Assembly: GCA_964016885.1 (NCBI GenBank)
Contig: OZ024740.1
Span: forward strand, 191,084,001 to 191,148,000
DNA: 64,000 nt
Source of the DNA: Eledone cirrhosa
Lineage: Eukaryota
Reading direction: 5' to 3'
A program made the translations under genes and the position numbers. The notes under the pieces are model-generated. The model searched no databases, had not been told where the DNA came from, and was given only the letters and a program-made list of their open reading frames with translations. Within the stretch, counting starts at the first letter, position 1, and each line of letters opens with the position of its first letter. Below, piece after piece: positions 26,896 to 39,516 of the stretch.

Positions 26896-29800
26896 TATAC
26901 CACTCTTTTACACGCGCACACACACACAATATCTCTCTTTTCCACACCCACACACTATATATATCTCTTCCACACACACACACACTATCTCTCTCTTCCA
27001 CAACTACACACACAAAATATCTCTCTTCCACACACATACACACACTATATATCTCTTCCACACACACACACACTATATCTCTCTTCCACACACACACACA
27101 CTATCTCTCTCTTCCACACACACACTATCTCTCTCTTCCACACACACACACAAACACACTATCACTATCTTCCACACACACACACTATCTCTCTCTTCCA
27201 CACACACAATATCTCTCTCTTACACACCCACACACACTATCTCTCTCTTCCACACACACACACACTATCTCTCTCTTCTACATGCACACACACACACGCT
27301 ATCTCTCTGTATCTCTCACACACACTATCCCTCTCTTTCACACGCACACACACACTATATCTCTCTTCCACACACACACTATCTCTCTCTTCCACACACA
27401 CACAATATCTCTCTCTTTCACATCCACACATACCATCTCTCCCTTCCACACACACACAATGTCTTTCTTTTACAAACACACACACATTATCTCTCTCTTC
27501 CACACACACACACTATCTCTCTCTTCCACACACACAATATATCTCTCTTTCACACACACACACTATATCTCTCTTCCACACCTACACACACTATCTCTCT
27601 CTTCCACACACACACACACTATCTCTCTCTTCCACACACACACACAATATATCTCTCTTCCACACCCATACACACTATCTCACTCTTCCACACACACACA
27701 CACTATATCTCTCTTCCACACACACACACACAATATATCTTACTTCCAGACAAACACACACTATCTCTCTCTTCCACACACCCATAATCTCTCTCTTCCA
27801 CACCCACACACACTATATATCTCTTCCACACACACACACACAATATACCTCTCTTCCACAGGCACACACACACACACACACACTATCTCTCTCTCTCTCA
27901 CACACACTATCCCACTCTTTCACACGCACACATACACACACTATCTCTCTTTTCCACACCCACACACTATATATCTCTCTTCCACACACACACACTATCT
28001 CTCTGTTCCACACCCACACACACAATATATCTCTCTTGCACACACACACACACACTATCTCTCTATTCCACACACACAACATTCTCTCTTCCACACACAC
28101 ACACACACACACTATATCTCTCTTCTACACACACACACACTATCTCTCTCTTTCACACACGCACACACTATATCTCTCTTCCACACACAAACACACTATC
28201 TCTCTCTTCCACACACACACTATCTCTCTCTTCCACACACACACTATCTCGCTCTTCCACACACTCTATCTCTCCCTTCCACACATACACACTATCTCTC
28301 TCTTCCACACACACAATATCTCTCTCTTACACACCCACACGCACAATCTCTCTCTTCCACACACACACACACTATCTCTCTCTTCCACACACGAACACAC
28401 TATCTCTCTCTTCCACACACACACACTATCTCTCTCTTCCACACAAACACACACTATCTCTCTCTTCCAAACACGCACACACTATCTCTCTCTTCCACAC
28501 ACACACACTATCTTTCTCTTCTACACGCACACACACACACACACACTATCTCTCTCTCTCTCACGCAAACTATCCCTCTCTTTCACACGCACACACACAT
28601 ACACTATCTCTGTCTTCCACACACACACTATCTCTCTCTTCCACACCCACACACACTATCTCTCTCTTCCACACACACACACACACACTATATCTCTCTT
28701 CCACAGACACACACACTGTCTCTCTCTTTCACACACACACTATATCTCTCTTCAACACACACACACACTATCTCTCTCTTCCACACACACACATACACAC
28801 ACACACTATCTCTCTCTTCAACACACACACTATCTCTCTTGTCCACACACACACACACTATCTCTCTCTTCCACACACACAATATCTCTCTCTTCCACAC
28901 CCACACATACTATCTCTCTCCTCCACACACACACACACAATATATTTCTCTTCCACACACACACACTATCCCTCTCTTCCACACACACACACACTATCCC
29001 TCTCTTCCACACACACACACACACTATATCTCTCTTCCACACACACACTATCTCTCTCTTCCACACACACACCCACACTATCTCTCTCTTCCACACACAC
29101 ACTATCTCTCTCTTCCAAACACACACACACTATCTCTCTCTTCCACACACACACAATATATATCTCTCTTCCACACGCACACACACACACACACTATCTC
29201 TCTCTCTCTCTCTCTCACACACACTATCCCACTCTTTCACACGCACACACACACACACACCATCTCTCTTTTCACACCCACACACTATATCTCTCTCTTC
29301 CACACACACACACACCATCTCTCTCTTCCACACCCACACACACACTATCTCTCTCTTCCACACACACACACACACTATCTCTCTCTTCCACACACAGACT
29401 ATCTATCTGTTTCACACACACACACACTATCTTTCTCTTCCACACCCACACACTATATCTCTCTTCCACAGACACAATATCTCTCTCTTCCACACCCACA
29501 CACACTATTTCTCTCTTCCACACACACACACACACTATCTCTTTCTTCCACACACACACACTATCTCTCTCTTCCACACAAACGCACACTATCTCTCTCT
29601 TCCAAACACACACACACTATCACTCTCTTCTAGACACACACACTATCTCTCTCTTCTACACGCACACACACACACACACACTATCTCTCTCTCTCCCTCA
29701 CACACACTATCCCTCTCTTTCACACGCACACACACACACTATCTCTCTCTTCCACACCCACACACACTATCTCTCTCTCTTCCAAACACACACACACTAT

Positions 29801-30740
29801 ATCTCTCTTCCACACACACACACACTATCCCTCTCTTCCACACACACACACACACTATATCTCTCTACCACACACACACACACTATCTCTCTCTTCCACA
29901 CCCACAGAGACACTATCTCTCTCTTCCACACACACACACACTATCTCTCTCTTCCACACACACACAGACACTATCTCTCTCTTCCACACACACACACACT
30001 ATCTCTCTCTTCCATACACACACACTATCTCTCTTTTCCACACACACACTATCTCTCTCTTCCACACCCCCACACAATATCTCTCTCTTCCACACACATA
30101 CACGCACTCTATCTCTCTTCCACACACACACACACTTTCACTCTCTTCCACACACACACACTCTATATCTCTCTTCCACACACACACACACTATCTCTAT
30201 CTTCCACACACACACACTATCTCTCTCTTCCACACACACATTATCTCTCTCTTCCACACCCACACACACTATCTCTTTCTTCCACACACACACACACTAT
30301 CTCTCTCTTCCACACACAAACACACTATCTCTCTCTTCCACACACACACACTATCTCTCTCTTCCACACAAACACACACTATCTCTCTCTTCCAAACACA
30401 CACACACTATCTCTCTCTTCCACACGCACACACTATCTCTCTCTTCCACACGCACACACCCACACACTATCTCTCTCTGTCTCTCACACACACTATCCCT
30501 CTCTTTCACACGCACATACACACACACACACTATCTCCCTCCCTCTCTCACACACACTATCTCTCTCTTCCACACGCACCCACACACACGCTATCTCTCT
30601 CTCACACACACTATCCCTCTCTTCCACACACACACACACTCACACGCAAACTATTCCTCTCTTTCCCATACACACACACTATTTCTCTCTCTCTCTCTCT
30701 CTCTCCCTCACATACATATACATTCTCTCTCTCTCTCTCA
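24256..30740 (+). repeat. 6.5-kb minisatellite, unit ~(CA)nCTAT(CT)nTC (about 22-28 nt), with higher-order duplications
   Basis: Repeated ttccacacacacacactatctctctc. Matching ORF-track peptides at 25225/26041 and 25413/26229 show an 816-bp period. Confidence 0.95.
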
Positions 30741-30827
30741 TACATGCACACACATATTCATTCACATAGTCTCTCCACACACTTTTTCAACACACTCACC
30801 AACTCACATACTACCTTTCCGTACACA

Positions 30828-30985
30828 TACTATAAACAAACGCTTGAAAACGACTTAGAAAAAATGTCATCCCAAACAGAGAAAATAGGAACACTTGCCA
30901 CTGAAAGCTCCTTAAGCCCGGATGAAGGCACATTTAGGTCCAAAAATATTGGACAAATAAAAAGAACAACAACAAATTCTCTTTG
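30828..30985 (+). mobile_element. PLE 3'-end fragment (family of 49670-51020) with decayed hammerhead-like motif
   Basis: ataaacaaacgcttgaaaacgacttagaaaaaatg...gatgaaggcacatttaggtcc matches the reverse complement of 49700-49797. Confidence 0.7.
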
Positions 30986-31417
30986 AGGTTATATTCAAAC
31001 GTAATTTTTAATCCTAGTTCCTTAAAAAGCTTTGTAATAATTTTACGCATCCTTTCTAAATTCTGGATATTCTTCCTTACTTGACACTTTAGTTCTGTAT
31101 TAATACTACTACACCAAACGACCAGTCCTGTCCAATGTTCAATTGGTCAAATATAGATTAAAATAGGCTCTCCCAAAAATTCTTATTTAGATAAAATAAG
31201 CCATATACTCATTGTATTCTCATTAAAAACCGTCTATATACTTGTTTACCAGCAAATTGATTTGCCATCTGTCATATACTATATACATTTGCTATCGAAT
31301 ACTTGCTAACACTATATGATTACGCAAGCAGCGATACATGGGTATTCCGTCTGTTACAGAAACATATGTCAATACCTAATAAATTCCTTTATAAAAGCAC
31401 TTTCATTTTATATTCAT

Positions 31418-31484
<67 letters not shown>

Positions 31485-31798
31485 ACTACTCCTAACCTAG
31501 CAGACGTCATAGGAACAACGAAGCACAGTAAGATCACTAAGACACACCACCTTAGCACAGACGCACCTGCACCTGACAATGACTATATCGGCCTTAACAA
31601 CTTCTTAGCAGCATCCAATAGTTCTGGCAACAGCCTCTACAGTCGTAACCAGCATAACCGCGACATGACTAGGAAACATGCAGGACATGACGTGCGGAAT
31701 AATAATCTTACCACCCCGCGCACTATGGGTTGTAATGGTGCTAACGACAAGTACGGGAGCGTAGATAACAACGTAGATAGCAACAAGATAGCCTTACC

Positions 31799-32251
31799 GT
31801 GGGAATTAGAAGAAACGGCGACAGAAATTGCAACTGCTGCGGCAGGGGACGCTGCCCCCTTAGAGGATACTGCTTGACAGATAGGGTTATATATAGGTGC
31901 ACTGTAACTAGCCACATTAACGTTAAACTTTTTACAGGGGCTACCTCTGGCCCGTTCAAAATTAGATTTCGAACACATCTTTACTCTTTCACAAATAAGA
32001 AATTAAGACACTCCACTTCGCTCGCGGACTACATTACATCATTAAAAGATTTAAACATCAGCTTCTCCACGCACTGGGATAATGTCGGCAGGGCTGCACC
32101 GTACAACTTTAGGAGGTGCAATATTTGCCTCATGGAGCTCTACCACATCATAACTGCACCCCACGAGTTCAACAGCAGAGTTGAAACGACGATATGTTTT
32201 ACACATCGCTTAAAAATATTCTTGTTCAGATCGATTAAGGATGAGGAGTGA
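31799..32251 (+). CDS. PLE-type GIY-YIG endonuclease domain
   Basis: Same motif series as the 8600, 10957 and 19288 ORFs. Confidence 0.75.
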   Translation: MGIRRNGDRNCNCCGRGRCPLRGYCLTDRVIYRCTVTSHINVKLFTGATSGPFKIRFRTHLYSFTNKKLRHSTSLADYITSLKDLNISFSTHWDNVGRAAPYNFRRCNICLMELYHIITAPHEFNSRVETTICFTHRLKIFLFRSIKDEE

Positions 32252-32630
32252 AACCGTGAACCGGGTCTCCCAGCAGCAAGCTTTAACACCCCAGCGGGCA
32301 GGCGCTGCAAAAAAAACGTCCATGAAACTAACCATGAATCCCAGACCCAGCTTCAAACGACCCAGGCGAGCAGGTAGAGAAAAAACAAACGTCTCAAAAT
32401 AAGCGTTGATTATCTGACCCTGTGCGTATCGAAAATGGTAAGGTTATAACCACATTTTGTAACGGATAAAAAAATTGTCCAGGAAAGCCTGCCCTGACAC
32501 CGGCCAGAGTTACCTCCCTTGACCTACTGCAAAATCAAAACACGCTTTTTTTGCGAAGAATGAATTATGACGTGAACTTAACACCCGAAACACATTCCGA
32601 GCAATGTAAGGAACACTTTTGGTTATTTAA

Positions 32631-32669
32631 GCCCTTGACAAGCCCAACTGGGCCAAACGTACGTAGGTG
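32631..32669 (+). ncRNA. Decayed U3-A8 hammerhead motif
   Basis: cc-UUGACAA-gccca ac tgggc-CAAA-cgtacg-UA-gg, then aataaa. G12 is mutated and helix I is weak. Confidence 0.5.
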
Positions 32670-32867
32670 ATGTTTAAATAAACATGTATTTACGGTCTGT
32701 TCTCCGATTTCTTACTTTTCCACGTGCTTACGCTCTACTAACTCTGTCGCCCCCTAAATATTAACACTGCCGGCACTAGTATTGAGCTCCTTTTGCATAC
32801 GCTATTTGGCAAATAACTACATGTATCACCTGTTTTTCCTTTTTTTTTCTCTCTCTCGATACGTACA

Positions 32868-33030
<163 letters not shown>

Positions 33031-33097
33031 AACATGTCTATAAAATCAATCATATATTAAAATATATACTATTTCTTCTTCTATTTATTCTTATACT

Positions 33098-34985
33098 CTT
33101 TTACCTGTTTCAGACATCCGGTTGAAGCCATGCTGGGGCACGGCCCTTGTTGCTACACATTTTATCTCCAGCCTGTATAGGTTGGCCACTGGTGTAAGAG
33201 GGAGTTTGTTGCTGCTGCCCTTATGTTTCCCTCGTGCCTTACTGTGGGCTCATCCGGGATCCTGGATAGCAAGGTGTCGAGATGTTTCTTGAAACATCCA
33301 CCTCCACATCATGAAAATCTCTCAGATGCCTCGGCAGCTTGTTGAAGAGTTGAGGGCCCTTGAATCCCAGGCTAATACCTGCTCCTTATTCTAGATGTGG
33401 AAGACGCGACGTTTGGCACCACACAGTGACGTCCTGTTCGACGGTTGGTCCAGCTCCCAATGCCAAAGTTTAGTGCTAGTCCTCTCCAGGATTTTCCACA
33501 TGTAGATCACTGCGTATCTCTCACATCTTCGTTCCAAGGAGTATAGGTTCAGTTCCTTTAGCCTCTCCCAGTACCTTGTGTCCTCCATCGTGGCCATCCT
33601 CTTGGTGTAGCTTCGCTGCATTGCCTCAAACTCCGTGGTTAGTTTGACACTATGGGGTGACCACAACTGGGAGCAGTAGTCCAGGCGGCTTAGGACAAAT
33701 GTCCTCCATAGTGTCAACATGGTGTATCGGTCTCTTGTCCGGAAAGTCCTCAAGATCCAGCCAGCGAGTCGTCTGCACATTGTCGCCAATTTCATCATGT
33801 GTGAGGAAAAAGATGCATCATCGCTCATGGCTATGCCAAAGGTTTCGTATCGATTTTGACACGGGGATAACGGTCCCTCCTGGTCCTGTGTAGTTGTGTT
33901 GTACTATATTTGTGTTTGCAGGGTTGTTTGGAGGTTTGTATTGTAGGGCTTGGAATTTGCCAGCATTAAACTGCATGTTGTATTCTTCCGGCCATTTGTA
34001 TATGGAATCCAGATCTTGTTATAAAAGGGCAGCGTCAGCCAGGTTTTTGATTACCTGTGCTACCTTAGTGTCATTAGCATAGAAAGTGAGGGATGTTGTT
34101 GTATGTACTACAGAGGGCATGTCTGAGAGAACCACCAAAACAGTAGTGGTCCCAGGACTGTCCCTTGGGGCACCCCACTTGTTATTTGTGTTTCCTTTGA
34201 AAGGACCCCGTTTGTTGCGACTGTCTGGCTTCTGTCCTTTAGGAAGTCATTCAGCCACTCACCTACTTTTCCAGTTATATCGAGTCCGTGTAGTTTGTGA
34301 CATATCATTCCGTTGTCGACCTTGTCAAAGAACTTCGCAAAGTCAAGATATATCACGTCCACATGTGAGCTGTCTAGTAGTTGTTTCAGCACCCGGTCGT
34401 AGTGATGTAGCAGCTATGTAAGGCATCTTCTTCCCGGGCGGAAACCATGTTGCATGCTAGTCATGCGGTCATTTTCCTCGAGGAAAGTGATCAGTCTCTT
34501 TCTGACGACTCGTTCCATGACCTTACTGATATGCGACGTCAGTTCCAGCAGTTGAGTCTGTTCTAATTTCATCTATGGCGTACACCACATCCTCCTCCGT
34601 TATGTCTATGTGGTTGATGGTCGCCATTTTTTCATGTAGTGTTGTGGAATCAAATAATTCTTCTGGCGTCGTTATTTGCATGTGCCTCAGTGGACATGTG
34701 AACACACTTTTGTACTGTTCGTTCAGTATTTCACATATTTCTTCGGGGTTTTAGGTAAATGAAGCGTCCGTATGGAAGAGTGGCCCAATCTTGCAGTGTA
34801 CCGAGGCAGTTCCTTTTGCAAATTTAAAGAAGGCCTTAGTGTTTGTTTTAATGTTTTATATGGCCCTGTTGCTCTTTCTTTGCCCTCTCATTTTCATGGG
34901 AAAGTTTGAGTCCATCTAGGTGCCAAGTAGTGCACATTTCAAATAGGATTCTTTCTTGTTTTTGTTTTCTAGTTGAGCATTGAAC
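33098..34985 (-). mobile_element. CR1/L2-group LINE remnant (RT and 3' end)
   Basis: QHGFRPGR, DVIYLDFAK.FDKV, SGVPQGTVLGPLLF, YANDTK, SRLDYCSQLWSPH, YWERLKELNLYSLERR, with frameshifts and deletions. Confidence 0.88.
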
Positions 34986-35047
34986 TTGGTTCTACGTCTC
35001 ATAAGAATTTTCCTATCTCTGGGAATAAGATATTTGTGTGTGTTTGG

Positions 35048-35105
<58 letters not shown>

Positions 35106-35192
35106 TATAGATATATATATAAACATATATATATATATATATATATACATATATATATGCACACATATATATATATATATATAGATATATAA

Positions 35193-35241
<49 letters not shown>

Positions 35242-35251
35242 TTTATATATA

Positions 35252-35359
<108 letters not shown>

Positions 35360-35367
35360 TATATATA

Positions 35368-35447
<80 letters not shown>

Positions 35448-35729
35448 ATCGCACTCACATTCCTGCTGACCATTATCACAACAACAAACCTCTTTACTAC
35501 TACTACACACACATACACACACATATTTGTTTTGAAATACTTATTTTCTGTGACTTCTCAGCCGACAGAAACCTACATTTGGCGCAAAATTAATTTTTCA
35601 AATTCACAGGACCTCTACCGACCAATCCAAATTGTTTTGACCACAAGAAATTGTGCAACACGAAATGGCGCGAAACTTATTTTAATACATCTGGAGCCAC
35701 TTTTTTCACATAAAACAGGTAGAATTTCC

Positions 35730-35927
35730 AAAACTAATCAGATTAGAGCAAACATCACGGGCGCTCTATCTCAAATTATTTTTGAAAAGCATTAGAAATG
35801 CGCAACACCGGTAAAATTTAAAACCAAAACTGAATACTAAACAATACTATTACTAATCTTTACTTATTCCTTATTAAACTATTTTTCACTGGGAGCAATT
35901 TGTCAGCATTTTCTTTTCCGTTTACCA

Positions 35928-35930
<3 letters not shown>
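35730..35930 (+). mobile_element. 3'-end fragment with decayed UUGAAAA hammerhead-like motif, ending at (TA)n
   Basis: ttt-UUGAAAA-gcatt aga aatgc-GCAA-caccg-GUA-aaat; homologous to 22930-23233. Confidence 0.55.
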
Positions 35931-35968
<38 letters not shown>

Positions 35969-36042
35969 TAAAGAAAAAGGGATGTAATCGAAAATGCAAC
36001 TGAAGTCTTATTTTTTTTTTAAATATATATATTTATTTGGTT

Positions 36043-36083
36043 CCTTTACCGGTTTCGCAGTTCTTCTGCTTTTCAAAAAAAGT
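36043..36083 (-). ncRNA. U3-A8 hammerhead, mirror copy
   Basis: Reverse complement of 36153-36190 with minor changes. Confidence 0.6.
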
Positions 36084-36152
36084 GTGTTGAGATGGAGGGT
36101 CTGTGGTTTTTCTCACATGTGAGAAAAACCACAGACCCTCCATCTCAACACA

Positions 36153-36190
36153 CTTTTTGAAAAGCAGAAGATCTGCGAAACCGGTAAAGG
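36153..36190 (+). ncRNA. Minimal hammerhead, U3-A8 core variant
   Basis: cttt-UUGAAAA-gcaga aga tctgc-GAAA-ccgg-UA-aagg, then aataaa; palindromic accggt at helix III. Confidence 0.7.
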
Positions 36191-36348
36191 AACCAAATAA
36201 ATATATATATTTAAAAAAAAAATAAGACTTCAGTTGCATTTTCGATTTCATCCCTTTTTCTTTATACTTCCACTCGTGTAGGACACCGCGGTTATTTTTC
36301 ATTTTGTAAACAAAACCTCACTTTCTAATATATATATATATATATATC

Positions 36349-36521
36349 TAAGGCGGGTAAAATTCCCGATATCCATGGACGAGTTCTCTCCAGCGGTCTC
36401 TGTCCCTCACTATCGCTGCCATATCCTGCATCTCCAACAGGGAGCCCCTACATGGATACACTAGATGAGGAAGACCAAGGTTAACATATGTTGATGCTCT
36501 GAGGACAGACACTGGTCTGTT

Positions 36522-36523
<2 letters not shown>
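36349..36523. mobile_element. Rearranged (part-inverted) 3' fragment of the RTE-like LINE, within (TA)n
   Basis: 36349-36440 is the reverse complement of 38108-38197; 36441-36523 is a direct match to 38033-38115. Confidence 0.8.
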
Positions 36524-36582
<59 letters not shown>

Positions 36583-36665
36583 GGAGTTGAGTTTTATTGT
36601 AGTACAATAAAGCAATGCAAATATCGGATAAGAAGCACTCTACAGTTTGTAGGACTGGAGTATAC

Positions 36666-36920
36666 ATAATATATAAGAACAAAAGATGGTTAAAATAGTT
36701 CCATGTATTTCATTATGCGCATTTCAAAACCAAATATCATCATGTAATCATATTTGTGTTTTCATCAGATAAAACAGGAGGACATGATATGAAGGTTAAA
36801 AAACACTTGTGGATAGTTCAGTTTTAAATCAACATATGAGAAATAGTTTTAGATTTAAATGTTTTTGAAATGCGCATAATAAAATACATGGAACTCTTTT
36901 AACCATCTTTTGTTCTTATA

Positions 36921-36925
<5 letters not shown>
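36666..36925. mobile_element. Inverted-repeat mini-element with hammerhead
   Basis: 36670-36730 is inverted at 36861-36922; right end abuts (TA)n. Confidence 0.7.
36708..36774 (-). ncRNA. Type I hammerhead ribozyme, intact core
   Basis: Reverse complement: ttttat-CUGAUGA-aaac acaaatat...atatttg gtttt-GAAA-tgcgca-UA-atgaaa. Confidence 0.78.
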
Positions 36926-36999
<74 letters not shown>

Positions 37000-37082
37000 A
37001 TGTGTGTGTATATATATAAATATATATATGTATATAGATATACATTTATATATATATATACATATTTATACACACATATACA

Positions 37083-37206
<124 letters not shown>

Positions 37207-37218
37207 TATATATATATA

Positions 37219-37329
<111 letters not shown>

Positions 37330-38194
37330 GGAAATCAGTAAAACCGAATCTTTGGCGGTTTGCAAGTAAATTCGGCCTACTTATATGAAGTGATGGGTTA
37401 GCAAAGCACTCGATAAGATAGGTCTCAGAGTATATGTTGTACACATCGCTTGAAAATATCCTTGTATATATACAGTGAAGGAGGCAGATGATTTGATGCG
37501 GGAGTTTGAGACTGTGTCGATGAGTGTGGAGCTGAGAATGAATGAGACTAAAACAAAATCTCTGGTAGAGAATGCTGAGAAGTCAGAGAGGATCACTAAT
37601 GTAGGCGGGAAGCCGGTAGAATTGGTTGAGGGCTTCCATTATTTGGGAGCAAAGATTGGGAATACGGTTAGATGATGTGGTTGAGAGGGTCAGCAAAGCC
37701 TGGGCGGCGTGCCACAGCTTGAGAGCGGTGTGGAAGTGGGACCTTCGTATAGATCTGAAAATCCGCCTCTTCATTGCTGTAGTGGAGTATGTGCTGCTGT
37801 ACGGGTCTGAGACTTGGACACTGACCAAGAAACTCACTCAGATGGTGGATGGGTGCTACATGAGAAAGCAGAGGATGTCTCTGAACATTAATCTGTATAC
37901 ACTGAGGATGAACAACTCAGAGCTGTATGGGAGCCTCCCAAAAATCAGCTCAAAATTGACACGGAGGAGACTGAGGTTACGTGGACATGCTCACCGACAT
38001 CCAGAGTTGACATTGCACTCAGTGCTCCTGTGGGAGCCCCATCGTGGACACACTGAAAGCGGAAGACCAAGGTTAACGTATGTTGATGCCCTAAGGACAG
38101 ACACTGGTCTGTTGGAGTCGCAGGACATGGCAGCGATAATGAGAGACAGAGACGCTGGAGAGAACTGGTTCATGGATCTCGGGTATTTTACCTG

Positions 38195-38197
<3 letters not shown>
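37330..38197 (+). mobile_element. RTE-clade LINE, 5'-truncated, flanked by (TA)n
   Basis: [60 protein letters not shown]; 3' end runs into (TA)n. Confidence 0.85.
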
Positions 38198-38260
<63 letters not shown>

Positions 38261-38273
38261 ATATAAATATATT

Positions 38274-38308
<35 letters not shown>

Positions 38309-38416
38309 GATGATACTTTACGGACACGTAACGCTCCAATTTTATTTTTATTTTTTATTTCATCTTTATTTTGATTTCTGTTTTATATATAGTAATACTC
38401 TCATTATCTTTCCCCA

Positions 38417-38541
38417 AGTTCCGAAGATCTGCTCCATAATATTATTTTATGTTACTTATATTCCTCTGCACCAACTCAATAACTCTCTTACCATTGTTTG
38501 ACCCAGAAATATTATATGAAGTAGTGAAAACATCGTAAATT
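38417..38541 (+). ncRNA. Candidate hammerhead with long helix II (U4C core)
   Basis: agtt-CCGAAGA-tctgctccataatatt...aatattatatgaagtagt-GAAA-acatcg-UA-aatt; (TA)n ~35 bp downstream. A related 3' half lies at ~41538-41575. Confidence 0.5.
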
Positions 38542-38601
38542 GACAATACTATCCTCTTTCTATATTAAACTGCATATATATATATATATGTATATATATA
38601 C

Positions 38602-38633
<32 letters not shown>

Positions 38634-38644
38634 ATATATATATC

Positions 38645-38749
<105 letters not shown>

Positions 38750-38807
38750 CTCTGTATATATATCTGTATACATATATATTTATACCTATATATGTATATA
38801 CATATAC

Positions 38808-38858
<51 letters not shown>

Positions 38859-38862
38859 TATG

Positions 38863-38991
<129 letters not shown>

Positions 38992-39195
38992 ATATTTGGG
39001 GAGGGTCATATTTGCGTAATATTGCCAGAATTAATAACGGAACACACTCACTGTTTGGTTGGTTTTCGCTTCTCGCTGTCTTTTATATCTGCGATCTAAC
39101 TTACTCGGTCCTCAATTTTGCCATTGACTGACCGGCGGTCAAAAATAATACAGATACAATATAGACACAAACACATATATATAGTTTACATAATT

Positions 39196-39238
39196 TACAT
39201 AAATCGTTCGTTGCACATCTGCAACATCGTCAGTGGTG
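39196..39238 (-). ncRNA. Decayed hammerhead in PLE 3'UTR
   Basis: Reverse complement: cca-CUGACGA-t gttgca gatg tgcaac-GAAC-gatt-UA-tg. Confidence 0.5.
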
Positions 39239-39516
39239 TTATATTCATTGTTCCTCCTGTTGTGTTGTATGTCTACGCCATTTTTTTGGTTCAGTCTGTC
39301 TATATATTTATTTATTTATTTGCTTGTTTGTTTATCTTATTTTATTTTGTCTTCTTTGCGCATGCGTTTGCGTGTGTGTATAGTGTTATGTGTGATGTGT
39401 GACTAGTGTGTATAGTGTTGTGTCTGCTGGGTGACTAGTGTGTGTTTATGTGCTTGTTGTTATTGTTCTTGTGTATGTATTTATTTATCTTATTTTATTT
39501 AATTTTATTTACTTAT

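Larger units (their letters stand above)
31483..32830 (+). mobile_element. 5'-truncated PLE (GIY-YIG, 3'UTR, hammerhead-like end) between microsatellites
   Basis: ORF 31799-32251 CNCCGRGRCPLRGYCLTDRVIYRC..FTGATSGPFKIRFRTH..STSLADY..CNICLME. Confidence 0.8.
35966..36266. mobile_element. ~300-bp near-perfect spacerless palindrome with a hammerhead in each arm
   Basis: Centre ctcaca|tgtgag at 36117/36118; left arm starts in (TA)n. Confidence 0.85.

Noticed and set aside
24190-30858. 2222-aa, 1182-aa and 783-aa His/Thr/Ser/Leu-rich ORFs
   Set aside because: They are translations of a minisatellite whose composition almost excludes stop codons; multiple frames are open.
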